64,000 nt of DNA from an uncultured Candidatus Binatia bacterium (GCA_965213675.1 OZ243916.1:928001-992000); one strand, 5' to 3'. Positions 31,886 to 42,782 are shown, numbered from the stretch's first letter. Translations and numbers: made by a program. The notes: generated by a model not told the origin, from the sequence alone.

Positions 31886-33118
31886 ATGGAAACGTTCGAT
31901 CTCACCATCATCGGCGGCGGCATCGTCGGCTTGGCCACGGCCATGCGCATGGCGCGGGAGCATCCCGGGTTGCGCTGCGCCGTGCTGGAGAAGGAGCCGG
32001 AACTGGGCATGCACCAGACCGGCCACAACAGCGGCGTGCTCCATTCGGGCATCTACTACAGGCCTGGATCGGTGAAGGCGCGCACTTGCGTGGCGGGGAA
32101 GAAGGCGTTGCTGGAGTTCTGCGACGAGCACGGCATCCATTACGACCTGTGCGGCAAGGTCATCGTCGCGACCCGCCCGGAGGAATTGCCGCGCCTGGAT
32201 GAGTTGAACCGGCGCGCCGAGGCCAACGGCGTCGAGGGCGTGCGCATGATCGGACCGGAGGAGTTGCGGGAGATCGAGCCCCACTGCACGGGCCTCAAGG
32301 CGCTGCACGCTCCGTTCACCGGCATCATCGACTTCGGCGACGTAGCGCGCGCCTATGCACGGCTGTTCGAGGGGGCCGGGGGCGCCATCCGCACCTCCTG
32401 CGAAGTGACCGGCATGACCCGGTCGGGCAACGGGTTCGTCATCGAGACTTCCCGGGACGTGCTGGAGACACGCACGCTTATCAATTGCGCGGGGCTCTTC
32501 GTCGACCGGGTGGCCGCCATGACGCCGGGGTTCGCGGAAAGCGTGAGGGACGGCATCGAGGAGCCGGTGCGCATCGTTCCGTTCCGGGGCGAGTACCACC
32601 GGCTCAAGCCCGACAAGCAGGGATTCATCAAGGGGCTCGTGTACCCGGTGCCCGATCCCCAGTTTCCCTTCCTCGGGGTTCATTTCACGCCCACGGTCCA
32701 CGGCCAGGTGGAGGTGGGTCCCAACGCGGTGCTGGCCTTTGCGCGCCAGGGCTACCGCCAGAGCGACGTCAACGTGCGGGACCTGTTCCAGGTCTTCACC
32801 TACGGCGGGTTCTGGGCCATGGCGCGGAAGCACTGGAAAACCTCGTTGCCGGAGCTGCGCCGATCCTTCGACAAGCGCGCGTTCACCCGCGAGCTTCAGC
32901 GCTTGATTCCCACCGTTCAATCGGACGACCTGGTGTACAGCGGCGCGGGGGTGCGCGCCCAGGCGGTATCGGCCAGCGGCAAGCTGGTGGACGACTTCGT
33001 CATCGCCGATTCCGAGGGCGCCGTGCACGTGCTCAACGCGCCCTCCCCCGGCGCCACGTCCTCTCTGGGCATCGCCGACACCATATGCCGCGCCGCGTCG
33101 CAGCACTTGGCATCGTGA
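31886..33118 (+). CDS. lhgO: L-2-hydroxyglutarate oxidase-like FAD enzyme
   Basis: GGGIVG, HQTGHNSGVLHSG, PFLGVHFT, NAPSPGATS. Confidence 0.88.
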   Translation: METFDLTIIGGGIVGLATAMRMAREHPGLRCAVLEKEPELGMHQTGHNSGVLHSGIYYRPGSVKARTCVAGKKALLEFCDEHGIHYDLCGKVIVATRPEELPRLDELNRRAEANGVEGVRMIGPEELREIEPHCTGLKALHAPFTGIIDFGDVARAYARLFEGAGGAIRTSCEVTGMTRSGNGFVIETSRDVLETRTLINCAGLFVDRVAAMTPGFAESVRDGIEEPVRIVPFRGEYHRLKPDKQGFIKGLVYPVPDPQFPFLGVHFTPTVHGQVEVGPNAVLAFARQGYRQSDVNVRDLFQVFTYGGFWAMARKHWKTSLPELRRSFDKRAFTRELQRLIPTVQSDDLVYSGAGVRAQAVSASGKLVDDFVIADSEGAVHVLNAPSPGATSSLGIADTICRAASQHLAS

Positions 33119-33251
33119 AATCCCGCAAGAATCATCCTCGAACGACCCAGCGATGACCCATGGGGACGCGGGTTCCGACAATTGGACGGTCGCAGGCCCC
33201 GTTGCTCGGGAACTCGCTGAGCCGAAACACATCCAACCCAAGGAGACAGCC

Positions 33252-33779
33252 ATGCTCATCCAGTACAAGGGGCAGCGCCCCAAGGTTTCGCCGGAGGCGT
33301 TCATCGCTCCCACGGCCGTGTTGATCGGCGACGTCACCGTGGAAGCCGGAGCCAGCATCTGGTTCGGCGCCGTGCTCCGCTCCGACGAGAACCAGAACCC
33401 CATCGTCATCGGCGCCAGAACCAGCATCCAGGACAACTGCGTCCTCCATTCCGGCGAAGGCGCGGTCCTCATCCACGAGGACGTGACCGTGGGGCACGCC
33501 GCCATCATGGAAGGCGCCACCATCCGGCGCTCCGCCATCATCGGCATGAACTCGACCCTGCTGGAGGACACGGAGATCGGCGAGGAGTCGCTCATCGCCG
33601 CCGGCAGCGTGGTGGTGCCGCACACGCGCATCCCGCCGCGCTGCCTGGCGGCCGGCACCCCGGCCAAGGTCAAGAAGGAGATCAGCGGCGAGGCCTTGAA
33701 CTGGATCAAGATGGGCTCGGCCACCTACACGGAACTGTGCCGGAGCTACCTGGGGGGCGACTACAGGGTCGTCGGCTGA
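33252..33779 (+). CDS. Gamma carbonic anhydrase family (YrdA/PaaY-like) protein
   Basis: Hexapeptide repeats, IWFGAVLRSD, IQDNCVLH; AAGGAG RBS. Confidence 0.88.
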   Translation: MLIQYKGQRPKVSPEAFIAPTAVLIGDVTVEAGASIWFGAVLRSDENQNPIVIGARTSIQDNCVLHSGEGAVLIHEDVTVGHAAIMEGATIRRSAIIGMNSTLLEDTEIGEESLIAAGSVVVPHTRIPPRCLAAGTPAKVKKEISGEALNWIKMGSATYTELCRSYLGGDYRVVG

Positions 33780-33901
33780 CGTTTCGAAACCCACCGGCCT
33801 TGCCCAGGACCATCCCGCGCCGCCGATTCCCACGGAAATCGGAGGTCCGGGCGCCGCCTTGTTGACGGAACGAGGCTTCCGCCCCACGGGAGCGCCTGAT
33901 G

Positions 33902-34723
33902 CTACCGCTGGCACCGGGGACAGTAGAACACCCCGCGGTTGCCCAGCCCAATGCGTTTGATGGGCGTCGCGCAGGCGTGGCAGGGAGCGCCCTTGCGGTC
34001 GTAGACCCGCAGGCGCCACTGGAAGCCGCCGCGATGATCGTTGCCGTCGCGGTAGTCGGACACGGAACTGCCACGCCAGCGGATGGCCTCGCGCAGCAGC
34101 GCGGGAATGGCGCGCACGAGTTCCTCGGTGAGCGCCCGCGAGACGCGATTTCCCCGGCGGGTGGGTCGTACCCGCGTGCGGTGGAGCACCTCGTTGATGT
34201 AGATGTTGCCGAGGCCGCAAACGATGCGTTGATCCAGCAACAAGTCGCGCACGGTGCGACGCGAGCGGTGCAGCAACGGGTAAAGGTAGTCGGCGGTGAA
34301 GCCCCGCTCCAGGGGGTCCATTCCGAGGCTCGCCAGAGGGGGCCACGCGGCGACCGCTCCTTCCGGCAGAACCACGCACATGCCGAAACGGCGCGGGTCG
34401 TGGTATCGCAGTTCGCCCCCGTCACTCAGCCCGAAAACGATGTGATCGTGCTTCTCCAGCGACGCGCCACGCGGCCGGAACACCAGCTTTCCCGACATTC
34501 CAAGATGGGATACCCAGATCCAGCCGCGGTCCAGCGTCACCAGGATGTACTTGCCGCGCCGGTTCACCGCCACCACCCGCCGGCCTTCCAACCGGGAAGC
34601 GAAATCCGCGGCCACTCGCCGCCGCAGGCGCTCTTCGATGACCCGAACCTCGAGGATGCGCACGCCGTCGAGCCGCTGGTGCAGGGTACGGCAGACGGTC
34701 TCCACCTCGGGCAACTCAGGCAT
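33902..34723 (-). CDS. mutM: Formamidopyrimidine-DNA glycosylase
   Basis: MPELPEVE, HLGMSG, GLGNIY, C-terminal zinc finger. Confidence 0.96.
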   Translation of the reverse strand: MPELPEVETVCRTLHQRLDGVRILEVRVIEERLRRRVAADFASRLEGRRVVAVNRRGKYILVTLDRGWIWVSHLGMSGKLVFRPRGASLEKHDHIVFGLSDGGELRYHDPRRFGMCVVLPEGAVAAWPPLASLGMDPLERGFTADYLYPLLHRSRRTVRDLLLDQRIVCGLGNIYINEVLHRTRVRPTRRGNRVSRALTEELVRAIPALLREAIRWRGSSVSDYRDGNDHRGGFQWRLRVYDRKGAPCHACATPIKRIGLGNRGVFYCPRCQR

Positions 34724-34837
34724 GGCCTCTGGTCCTCTCCGTGGTCCGCCTGCAAGCGACGACGCCGCCCCGGGCGGCGCGGACGCATCGCCGGGTTCGC
34801 GCGCCAGCGAGCCGCCGCAACCAGATGCGATCCTTGT

Positions 34838-35677
34838 TCAACGAACCGTTTCCTTCATGTCGCGAAAGGCCTTGGCCAGCCGCCCGAACTCGTGCAGGTC
34901 CAGCGTCTCGGCGCGCCTCCGGGAGTCGATGCCGGCCTCCACGAAGATCGTCCCGGCCGCGCTCCCGAACAGGCCCGCGAGTGCGTTGCCCAGCATCTTC
35001 CGTCTCTGACCGAAGCCGGCCCGAACCACCGCGCGCAAACCCGGCACCTCCGCCGGGGGAAGCGCCGGTGGGTCCAGCAACTCGATGCGCAGTAGCGTGG
35101 AATCGACCTTGGGCCTGGGCGTGAACGCCTCGGACGCCACCGCCACCTTTTCAGTCACGCGACCGTAAAGCTGCGACCACACCGAAAGCGCGCCGTAGGA
35201 GGGCGTGCCCGGCGCGGCGGTCAAGCGGCGCGCCACTTCCTTTTGCAACATCACCACGAGAAGCGAGAAACGCCGCCCTTCTTCGAACAATCGCAGCAAC
35301 ACCGGCGCGGCCACGCTATAAGGGAGGTTGGCCACTACCTTGACCCTGCCGCCGGGCAGAAAGCCGTCAAAGTCGGTCTCCAGGATGTCGCCGTGCAGCA
35401 AGTGAAAGCCCGGGCGCGTGCCTAGCGGGCCGTCGTCCAGCCAGCGCACCAGAAGAGGGTCCACTTCCACCGCCCACACTTGCCGCTCCGCCCCCACCAG
35501 GCGTCGCGTGACGAAACCCAGTCCGGGGCCCACCTCAAGAATGCGGTCCCGTTCGCCGGGTTGCACGAGCCGCAGGATGGCGTCGATGACGCGCTCGTGA
35601 ACGAGAAAGTTCTGGCCCCGCGCCTTGCTGGGAGTGAACCCCAACTCCCGCGAGGCGGCTCTGGCTTCCTGATACAA
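34838..35677 (-). CDS. rsmA: 16S rRNA m6,2A dimethyltransferase
   Basis: GQNFL, EVGPGLG, ANLPY, QRRKML. Confidence 0.94.
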   Translation of the reverse strand: MYQEARAASRELGFTPSKARGQNFLVHERVIDAILRLVQPGERDRILEVGPGLGFVTRRLVGAERQVWAVEVDPLLVRWLDDGPLGTRPGFHLLHGDILETDFDGFLPGGRVKVVANLPYSVAAPVLLRLFEEGRRFSLLVVMLQKEVARRLTAAPGTPSYGALSVWSQLYGRVTEKVAVASEAFTPRPKVDSTLLRIELLDPPALPPAEVPGLRAVVRAGFGQRRKMLGNALAGLFGSAAGTIFVEAGIDSRRRAETLDLHEFGRLAKAFRDMKETVR

Positions 35678-35696
35678 CGTCGCGATGGAGATGTCC

Positions 35697-36692
35697 TCAG
35701 AGGATCAGGGCCGGGTCGGCGTTGAGGCGGGGGCCGTCGCGGCGGCCGCCGGCCAACCGATGGCTGCCCACCAGCGCCACCATGGCGCCGTTGTCGGTGC
35801 AGAAGCGCAGGGCGGGGTAGTACAGCTCGGCGCCGATCTCCCGAACTTTCTCGGTCATCTTGCCGCGCAGCCGGCTGTTGGCGGACACGCCGCCGCCCAG
35901 CACGACGCGGCGGATGCCGGTTTCGCCCACCGCTCTCAGGGTGGGCGCGATGAGCATGTCCACCGCGGCTTCCTGAAAGCTCGCCGCGATGTCCGCCATC
36001 TCGTCGCGCCAGTGGTCCTTCCGCTTGCGCGTCAAATAGTGCCACACGGAGGTCTTGAGGCCGCTGAAGCTGAAATCGTAGGGCGTGCGCAGGCGCGCGC
36101 GGGGAAAGGCCACCGCCCGTGGGTCGCCCTGCCCGGCGAGCTCATCGATGACCCTGCCGCCGGGGAACCCGAGGCCCATCATTTTGGCTACTTTATCGTA
36201 GGCCTCCCCGGCGGCGTCGTCCAGGGTGCCGCCGAGATGCTCGTACTCGCCGAACGCGCGCACGACGTAGAGCAACGTATGCCCTCCGGAGGCCACCAGC
36301 GCGAGATAGGGAAAGCCCACTTCCTCCTCCAGGAATATGGACATCACGTGCGCTTCCAGGTGGTTGACCCCGACGTAGGGAATACCCGAGCGGAAGGACC
36401 ACGCCTTCACGAACGACAGGCCCACCAGCAGGGAACCGGTGAGCCCGGGGCCGCAGGTGACGGCGAGGCCATCGATGTCCTCGGGCGCGACGCCGGCCTG
36501 GGTGAGCGCCTTGTCCACCATCGGCTGAATCGCGTGGATGTGCTGGCGCGAGGCCATCTCCGGGACGATGCCGCCATAGGGCGCGTGCACCGCGTCCTGG
36601 GACGATACCAGATTGGCCCGCACCGCCCTGCCGTCTTCGAGCACGGCTGCCGCCGTGTCATCGCACGATGTCTCAACGCCCAGTACGATCAC
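35697..36692 (-). CDS. tsaD: tRNA t6A threonylcarbamoyltransferase
   Basis: ETSCDDT, NHLEAH, SGGHT, CTDNGAM. Confidence 0.96.
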   Translation of the reverse strand: MIVLGVETSCDDTAAAVLEDGRAVRANLVSSQDAVHAPYGGIVPEMASRQHIHAIQPMVDKALTQAGVAPEDIDGLAVTCGPGLTGSLLVGLSFVKAWSFRSGIPYVGVNHLEAHVMSIFLEEEVGFPYLALVASGGHTLLYVVRAFGEYEHLGGTLDDAAGEAYDKVAKMMGLGFPGGRVIDELAGQGDPRAVAFPRARLRTPYDFSFSGLKTSVWHYLTRKRKDHWRDEMADIAASFQEAAVDMLIAPTLRAVGETGIRRVVLGGGVSANSRLRGKMTEKVREIGAELYYPALRFCTDNGAMVALVGSHRLAGGRRDGPRLNADPALIL

Positions 36693-36786
36693 GATGAAAC
36701 CTCCATGAATTCCGCGAGCGTTCGGTCCGCCTGCCTGTTCCGGACCGTGCCCGGCGCTCCAGCGTCCGACGGTTTCCTTCGACAGC

Positions 36787-37389
36787 CTACCATGACGACG
36801 CCTTGGAGCGTTGCCGTGCCCACTGGAGCCCGCGATGCGCCGGCGGGTCCGCGGGGTCCAGGGACAGCGCCTTGCGGTAGGCGGCCTGTGCGCGACCGAA
36901 ACGTCCCAAGGCCCGCAGGTTGTCGCCGCGCAGGACCAGAGTCCGCACGAGCCAGGGGCGGCTCGATCCCGGCACGGCCTCCGCCACCTCCAGAAAGTCC
37001 AGTGAAGCCGTGAAGTTTCCCAACCGGTAGTGGCTCAGCGCGATGTAGTAGTGCGCGTACGGATTGGAGCCGTCCACGGAGAGACTCTTCTCCAACTCCG
37101 TCAAGGCCAGGGTGTACTGGCCGGACCGGAGCAGTTGCCGCGCGTGTTCCGTCCGACTTACGGAAGCCACCCGCCGTGGCGTCGAACCCCGTTGCATGGG
37201 CAACTCGGAGCGTTGGGCGCCCGCGTCCGGGGGCAGTACCGTTGAACCGCTGGCTCCCGAGCCGGGCTTCGCCAGTGCCAGCGGGCGCTCCGCACCGCTC
37301 GAAGGAACGCGTCTCGCGGGGGTTCCGCAGCCCGACAGCAGCACGGCGAGGGACAGCCAGGCGAACCCGTGAAGCCAACGCGAGGTCAT
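36787..37389 (-). CDS. TPR lipoprotein (LpoP-like)
   Basis: Lipobox LLSGC, low-complexity linker, TPR helices; directly downstream of PBP1b. Confidence 0.75.
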   Translation of the reverse strand: MTSRWLHGFAWLSLAVLLSGCGTPARRVPSSGAERPLALAKPGSGASGSTVLPPDAGAQRSELPMQRGSTPRRVASVSRTEHARQLLRSGQYTLALTELEKSLSVDGSNPYAHYYIALSHYRLGNFTASLDFLEVAEAVPGSSRPWLVRTLVLRGDNLRALGRFGRAQAAYRKALSLDPADPPAHRGLQWARQRSKASSW

Positions 37390-37417
37390 GGACCGGGATG
37401 CTCCGCTCGACCCGTCG

Positions 37418-39673
37418 TCACCGGGACGCCGCCAGCGCGTTCCCGCCCGCGCCGGAAACCGCCCCGGAACGCCGGGGCGGACCTTTGGCCGAGACCCCGG
37501 GAGGAGCGCGGAAGTCCGTGAACGGCACACGGCTGGTGGCCTGTTTCATGAACGCCGTCCAGATCGGCAGGGCCGCGCTGGAGCCGGACAGTCCCAGTTC
37601 CGACTGCCGGTCGAAGCCGACCCAGACCAGCGCCAGCAGGTCCGGCGTGTATCCGGCGAACCACGCGTCGCGCGAGTCGTTGGTGGTGCCGGTCTTCCCC
37701 GCTGCCGGACGGGTGAAGCCCAGCGCGCGCACACGTTGGGCAGTGCCCCGCTCGACCACACCCCGGAGCATCTCGTGCATGTCGAACGCCACCCGCGGCG
37801 ACAGGACGCGCTTCACCCGGATATTGCGCTTCTCCAGCACATCGCCTTCACGCTCCAGCACGTTCTTGATGGAGAGCAGATGGGTGCGCACGCCGTTGTT
37901 CGCCAGCGCCGAATAGGCGCCGGCCAACTCCAGAGGCGTCACTTCCACGGCGCCCAGCGACAACGACGGCAGCAACGGCAGACGGCTCTGAATGCCCATC
38001 CGGTAGGCCATCTCGCGCACCTTCTTGATGCCCACGTCCTGAGCGATGCGGGCCGTGGCGGCGTTGAGAGACTTCTCCATGGCCTCACGCAGGGTCACCC
38101 AACCCTCGTAGGAACGGTTGTAGTTCTGCGGCGTCCACTCATCCGCGCCATAGCTCCACGTGAACGGCGTGTCCTCCACGTACGTCGTGCTGTCATAGGA
38201 ACCCGAGCCCTGCGCCGATCCGTGCGTGAGCGCCGCCAGAAAGACGAAGGGCTTGAAGACAGAGCCCGGTTGACGCTTGGCTTGCGCCACTCGGTTGAAT
38301 TGGGACTTGCCGTAATCGCGCCCGCCCACCATGGCCTTGATCTCGCCTGTCTGCGGCTTGATCACCACCATGGCGCCTTCGAGATCGTCCTGCCTGGCGG
38401 TCTTTCTGAGATGGCCGTAATTCTTCTCAAGCGTGGTCAGGCCTTCGGACAGAGCCTTCTCCGCCGCCCGCTGAAGCTCCAGGTCGAGACTCGTGAAGAT
38501 GCGCAGGCCCTCGGCGGTCAGCGTGTCCTCGCTGTAGTGCTCAGCCAGTTCGTTCTTGACGTAGTCGGTGAAGTAAGGCGCGCTGTTGGTCAATCGAACG
38601 GGCGCGCGCTTCTGGAAAACCTCCTGAAGGGCGTTCTCGTAGGCGCGGCGCGTGATGATGCCGTCGCTCACCAACTTGGCCAGCACGACGTTGCGCCGCC
38701 GGTTGGCGTCTTCCACGCTCCGGTAGGGAGAGTAGCGATTGGGGGCGCGGATCAATCCGGCCAGCAGCGCGGTCTCGCCCACGGTGAGCTGCTCCGGCTC
38801 CTTGACGAAGTAGAACCGCGCCGCCTCCCAGATGCCGAAGATGCCCTGGGCGCCATTCTGGCCGAGATAGATCTCGTTGAGGTAGTTCTCCAGAATCTGG
38901 TCCTTGGTGTACATCCACTCCGTGACGAGCGCCATCAGCGCTTCCTTGACCTTGCGCTCGAGGGTGCGCTTGCTGTCCAGGAAGAAGTTCTTCATCAACT
39001 GCTGGGTCAGCGTGCTGCCTCCCTGCACCACGCCGCCGCGGCGCACGTTGGCCAGGAAGGCGCGCATCACCGCCACCGGGTCCACGCCTCTGTGGTAATA
39101 GAAACGCTCGTCCTCCACCGCCAGCACCGTCTTCCGCACCCGCGCCGGCACCTCGTCCAGGCGCACCACCCGCCGTTGTTCCCGCACCCGGTCGTAGAAG
39201 CCGGTCACCACTTCGGGTTCCAGCTCGAGGGAGGGCAACACGTCGTTGTTATCCAGCCGCTGAATGCGGTGGATGGTGCCGGACTTGAGGGAAATGCGCA
39301 CGGGGAAGCCGCGAAAATCGCGCAGCGGGTAGCGGAAGTCGTGCAGATAAATCTCGATGCCAGCATCCTTGCCGAGAATCCGATACTCACCCTTGTCGCG
39401 GGGCCGGGCCTTGGAGATACGATAGCCCAGCCGGCGCAGCTTCTCGCGCATCCCAGCCACGGAGATATACATGCCCGGATAGATGATCTTGCTGTCGGCG
39501 TAGATCTTGGACGGGAACTCCCACTTGCGGCCCTCGAACTTGGCCTTGACCACGTCGCTCAAATGCGACACATACCAGGCGCCCAGCCCGGCCCCGGCCA
39601 GACCCAGCAATACGGACAGCACCGCCAGGATCTTGAGCAGGCGAATGAGAAATCGCTTGAGGCGGCGCTTCAT
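37418..39673 (-). CDS. mrcB: Class A penicillin-binding protein, PBP1b type with UB2H domain
   Basis: TM anchor, UB2H-like insert, EDERFYYH, GGSTLTQQ, SVFK, SLN, KTG. Confidence 0.88.
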   Translation of the reverse strand: MKRRLKRFLIRLLKILAVLSVLLGLAGAGLGAWYVSHLSDVVKAKFEGRKWEFPSKIYADSKIIYPGMYISVAGMREKLRRLGYRISKARPRDKGEYRILGKDAGIEIYLHDFRYPLRDFRGFPVRISLKSGTIHRIQRLDNNDVLPSLELEPEVVTGFYDRVREQRRVVRLDEVPARVRKTVLAVEDERFYYHRGVDPVAVMRAFLANVRRGGVVQGGSTLTQQLMKNFFLDSKRTLERKVKEALMALVTEWMYTKDQILENYLNEIYLGQNGAQGIFGIWEAARFYFVKEPEQLTVGETALLAGLIRAPNRYSPYRSVEDANRRRNVVLAKLVSDGIITRRAYENALQEVFQKRAPVRLTNSAPYFTDYVKNELAEHYSEDTLTAEGLRIFTSLDLELQRAAEKALSEGLTTLEKNYGHLRKTARQDDLEGAMVVIKPQTGEIKAMVGGRDYGKSQFNRVAQAKRQPGSVFKPFVFLAALTHGSAQGSGSYDSTTYVEDTPFTWSYGADEWTPQNYNRSYEGWVTLREAMEKSLNAATARIAQDVGIKKVREMAYRMGIQSRLPLLPSLSLGAVEVTPLELAGAYSALANNGVRTHLLSIKNVLEREGDVLEKRNIRVKRVLSPRVAFDMHEMLRGVVERGTAQRVRALGFTRPAAGKTGTTNDSRDAWFAGYTPDLLALVWVGFDRQSELGLSGSSAALPIWTAFMKQATSRVPFTDFRAPPGVSAKGPPRRSGAVSGAGGNALAASR

Positions 39674-39685
39674 GAGTGGCGTTCT

Positions 39686-41083
39686 TCAGCGAGGAAGGCG
39701 CAACGCCAGGAACAGCGTTGTATCCTCGCGCCGCACCAGCAACAGGATGCCGGTTCCCTCGTCCAGACCGGCCACCACCCGCCGGAAGTCCCGTACGCTG
39801 CCGATGCGCTCGCGATCGATCTCCAGAATGATGTCCCCCACTTGTATGCCCGCGGTCTCCGCTGGACTGCGCGATGCCACAGCGGTCACCACCACCCCCT
39901 CGCGGCGGCGGGCGCCGGGGCTGAACCGCGCCTGCGCATCTCTCACCGTGAGGCCGAGATCGTTGCCGTCCTCCAGCGCCGCGACTACTTCGTCGTCCCC
40001 CAGCTTCGCCACCGTCACGCGCAACGCCGCCGGCTGGCCGTCACGCTGGATCACCACGTCCACGGCCTTCCCCACCGGGGTGCGGGCTACCATCAGCGGC
40101 AGCTCGCTGGAAGCGTTCACCGGGGAGCCGTCGAAACGGACGATGACGTCACCCACCTGCATTCCGGCGGCTTCGGCCGGGCTCCCTTGCGACACGTTGG
40201 TGACCAGCGCCCCCGCGGCCTTCTCCATGCCCAACGCCTCGGCCATGTCGGCGTTGACCTCCTGGATGACCACCCCCAGCCAGCCTCGGGTAACCTTGCC
40301 CTCATCCCTGAGTTGGGACAGCAGTGGCTTCACGAGGTTGATGGGTATCGCGAAGCCGATTCCGATGTTGCCCCCGCCCCGGCTGAAGATCGCGGTATTG
40401 ACCCCCACCACCTCGCCGCGCAGGTTCATGAGCGGCCCGCCCGAATTGCCCGGGTTGATGGACGCATCGGTCTGAATAAAATTGTCGTAGGGGCCCGCGC
40501 CGATGCGCCGGCCCTTGGCGCTGACGATCCCCGAAGTCACGGTGTGTTCGAGGCCGAAGGGATTGCCGATGGCCAGCACCCACTCGCCCACCTCGAGAGC
40601 TGCCGAATCTCCCAGCCGGGCCACCGGCAGTTCACGCCCGGTCTCGATCTTCACGAGCGCGATGTCGGTCTTGGGGTCGCGTCCGGCGACGCGCGCCCGA
40701 TGCTCCGATCCGTCCGCGAGCTTCACCGTGAGGTCCAGACCGTCCTCGATCACGTGGTCGTTGGTGAGGATGTAGCCCGTGGGATCCACGATGAAACCGG
40801 AACCCACGCTCCGGGACGGTCGCGGTGTGGGGCTTTGCGGCATGCGCTCGCCGAAAAAACGTCGCCAGAAGTCGCTGAAGGGATCGTCTTCCCGGAACGC
40901 GCTGGAACTCGACGCCGCCGACGCGGAGATGTGCACCACCATCGGGCGGGCCTCTTTGGAGAGCGTGACGAAGTCCGGCAGGTTGAGCTTGGCGGCCGCA
41001 TGCGACCATCCGGTCCCCAGCAACGCGGCCGCCAGACAGGCCAGGAACCACGTCCGCCTGCGTTTTCGCTGAACGGGCCTCAT
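39686..41083 (-). CDS. DegP/DegQ serine protease with two PDZ domains
   Basis: Signal peptide, TNDHV, DIAL, GNSGGP. Confidence 0.92.
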   Translation of the reverse strand: MRPVQRKRRRTWFLACLAAALLGTGWSHAAAKLNLPDFVTLSKEARPMVVHISASAASSSSAFREDDPFSDFWRRFFGERMPQSPTPRPSRSVGSGFIVDPTGYILTNDHVIEDGLDLTVKLADGSEHRARVAGRDPKTDIALVKIETGRELPVARLGDSAALEVGEWVLAIGNPFGLEHTVTSGIVSAKGRRIGAGPYDNFIQTDASINPGNSGGPLMNLRGEVVGVNTAIFSRGGGNIGIGFAIPINLVKPLLSQLRDEGKVTRGWLGVVIQEVNADMAEALGMEKAAGALVTNVSQGSPAEAAGMQVGDVIVRFDGSPVNASSELPLMVARTPVGKAVDVVIQRDGQPAALRVTVAKLGDDEVVAALEDGNDLGLTVRDAQARFSPGARRREGVVVTAVASRSPAETAGIQVGDIILEIDRERIGSVRDFRRVVAGLDEGTGILLLVRREDTTLFLALRLPR

Positions 41084-41511
41084 GCGTTCCGCACCGCCTC
41101 CACGTAGCGCATCCTGAGATTGTAGAGAATCTCCTGCATCAGCCGTTCCTCGGTCTCGTCGAGATTGCCCTTGCTCTTCTCGTTCAGCATGGCGATGATG
41201 TCGATGGTCTGCTTGGCCACGGCCACGTCCTTCTCCACCTGACCCGTCGCCGGATCGCCGATTTCGCCGAGCTGCATCAGCGCCTGGGTGCTCAGGCTCA
41301 TGATGAAGGTGGAGAAATCGATGGGCGGGAAGTCCCGCGTGGCGGACGCTTCCGGTGGCGGTTCCCCATGCGTTTCCGCCGTTGCTGCCGGCGCATCCCC
41401 GGCCAAGGCCTCGTCACGGCCTGCCTGTGGTTCACGCGCCTCGCCCTCGTCGGTGAACCGGCGCTTGTCGTGAACCTTGAACCCTTTCTGCGTATCGGAT
41501 TCCTCCGCCAT
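41080..41511 (-). CDS. DUF1844-family protein
   Basis: FKVHDKRRF, IDFSTFIMSL, AKQTIDII, KGNL. Confidence 0.8.
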   Translation of the reverse strand: MAEESDTQKGFKVHDKRRFTDEGEAREPQAGRDEALAGDAPAATAETHGEPPPEASATRDFPPIDFSTFIMSLSTQALMQLGEIGDPATGQVEKDVAVAKQTIDIIAMLNEKSKGNLDETEERLMQEILYNLRMRYVEAVRNA

Positions 41512-41792
41512 GAACGCTCCTCCGCGGTGTTTCCTCGGTCGTGCCTGGTCCGGCCTCGTTTGTCCGGCATTTGTCGGGCAAACCCTATTGTCCGGCAGAC
41601 TCGTGCAACGAACCCCTACAATCAATTATTGATGCGCCCATCCGGGGTGTCAAGATGCAACGGCGCCGCCAGGGTCACTCAAAGGCCGCGTCTGCCAGTG
41701 TGTCCGCCAATCCGAGTGGACTTCGCGTTGACTTGGCCGGCGCGTCCCCCTATCCTGCCTTGATTCCAACTGCACCGCATTCTCACCCCGGC

Positions 41793-42710
41793 ATGAAGAC
41801 CCATCCACCCGGCGCGCGATCCATCCTCGATCTCATCGGCTCCACGCCCGTGGTGCGCCTCACCAGACTACCGGCCGAAGACAGCGCCGAGGTCTGGGGC
41901 AAGCTGGAGTCCCTCAATCCCGGGGGCTCGGTGAAGGACCGCATCTGCCGCGCCATGATCGAGGACGCCGAACGCAAGGGCCTGCTGAAGCCCGGCGGGA
42001 CCATCGTCGAACCCACCAGCGGCAACACCGGCATCGGTCTCGCGCTGGCAGCCGCGGTCAAGGGATACCGTCTCGTTCTTGCCATGCCCGACACCATGAG
42101 CGAGGAGCGCCGCAGCCTGCTGGCTGCCTACGGCGCGCGCCTGATCCTCACGCCCGACACCCGGGGGATGGGCGGAGCCATTCGCCGGGCTGAAGAATTG
42201 GCCAACGAGCACCCCGACTTCTTCATGCCGCAACAGTTCACCAATCCCGCCAACCCCGCCGCCCACCGAAACACGACAGCGGTGGAACTCGTGAGCCAGT
42301 TCGGACCCATGGACGCCTTCGTCTGCGGGGTGGGCACCGGCGGCACCATCACCGGCGTGGGCGAGGTCCTGCGAAAAGAGTTTCCCGCCGTTCGCATCTA
42401 CGCCGTCGAGCCGGCCGCGTCGCCGGTATTGTCCGGTGGCGAGCCCGGGTTCCACAAGATCCAGGGCATCGGTGCGGGCTTCATACCGCCGATCCTCAAT
42501 ACCGGGATTTACGACGAAATCATCACCGTCAGCGATGAGGACGCGGCCGCCACCATGCACCGGTTGGCAGTGGAAGAAGGCATCTTCGTCGGCATCTCGT
42601 CCGGCGCCAACTGCTTCGCCGCCATGACGGTGGCCCGAACCATGGGCAAGGGCCGCCGGGTCGTGACCATGCTGTGCGATAGCGGTGAACGCTACTTGAG
42701 CACAGCCTGA
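41793..42710 (+). CDS. cysK: Cysteine synthase A
   Basis: [33 protein letters not shown]. Confidence 0.93.
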   Translation: MKTHPPGARSILDLIGSTPVVRLTRLPAEDSAEVWGKLESLNPGGSVKDRICRAMIEDAERKGLLKPGGTIVEPTSGNTGIGLALAAAVKGYRLVLAMPDTMSEERRSLLAAYGARLILTPDTRGMGGAIRRAEELANEHPDFFMPQQFTNPANPAAHRNTTAVELVSQFGPMDAFVCGVGTGGTITGVGEVLRKEFPAVRIYAVEPAASPVLSGGEPGFHKIQGIGAGFIPPILNTGIYDEIITVSDEDAAATMHRLAVEEGIFVGISSGANCFAAMTVARTMGKGRRVVTMLCDSGERYLSTA

Positions 42711-42782
42711 GACCCGCCCCCTACACAGCAGCCGGGTTTTCTGTTAGGAATAAAGACCCTGCCCATGTTTCGATCAACGCAC

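Noticed and set aside
31715-33724. 669-aa minus-strand ORF
   Set aside because: Antisense to lhgO and gamma-CA, which carry clear motifs
37388-41107. 1239-aa plus-strand ORF
   Set aside because: Antisense shadow of PBP1b and degP/Q in high-GC DNA; no motifs
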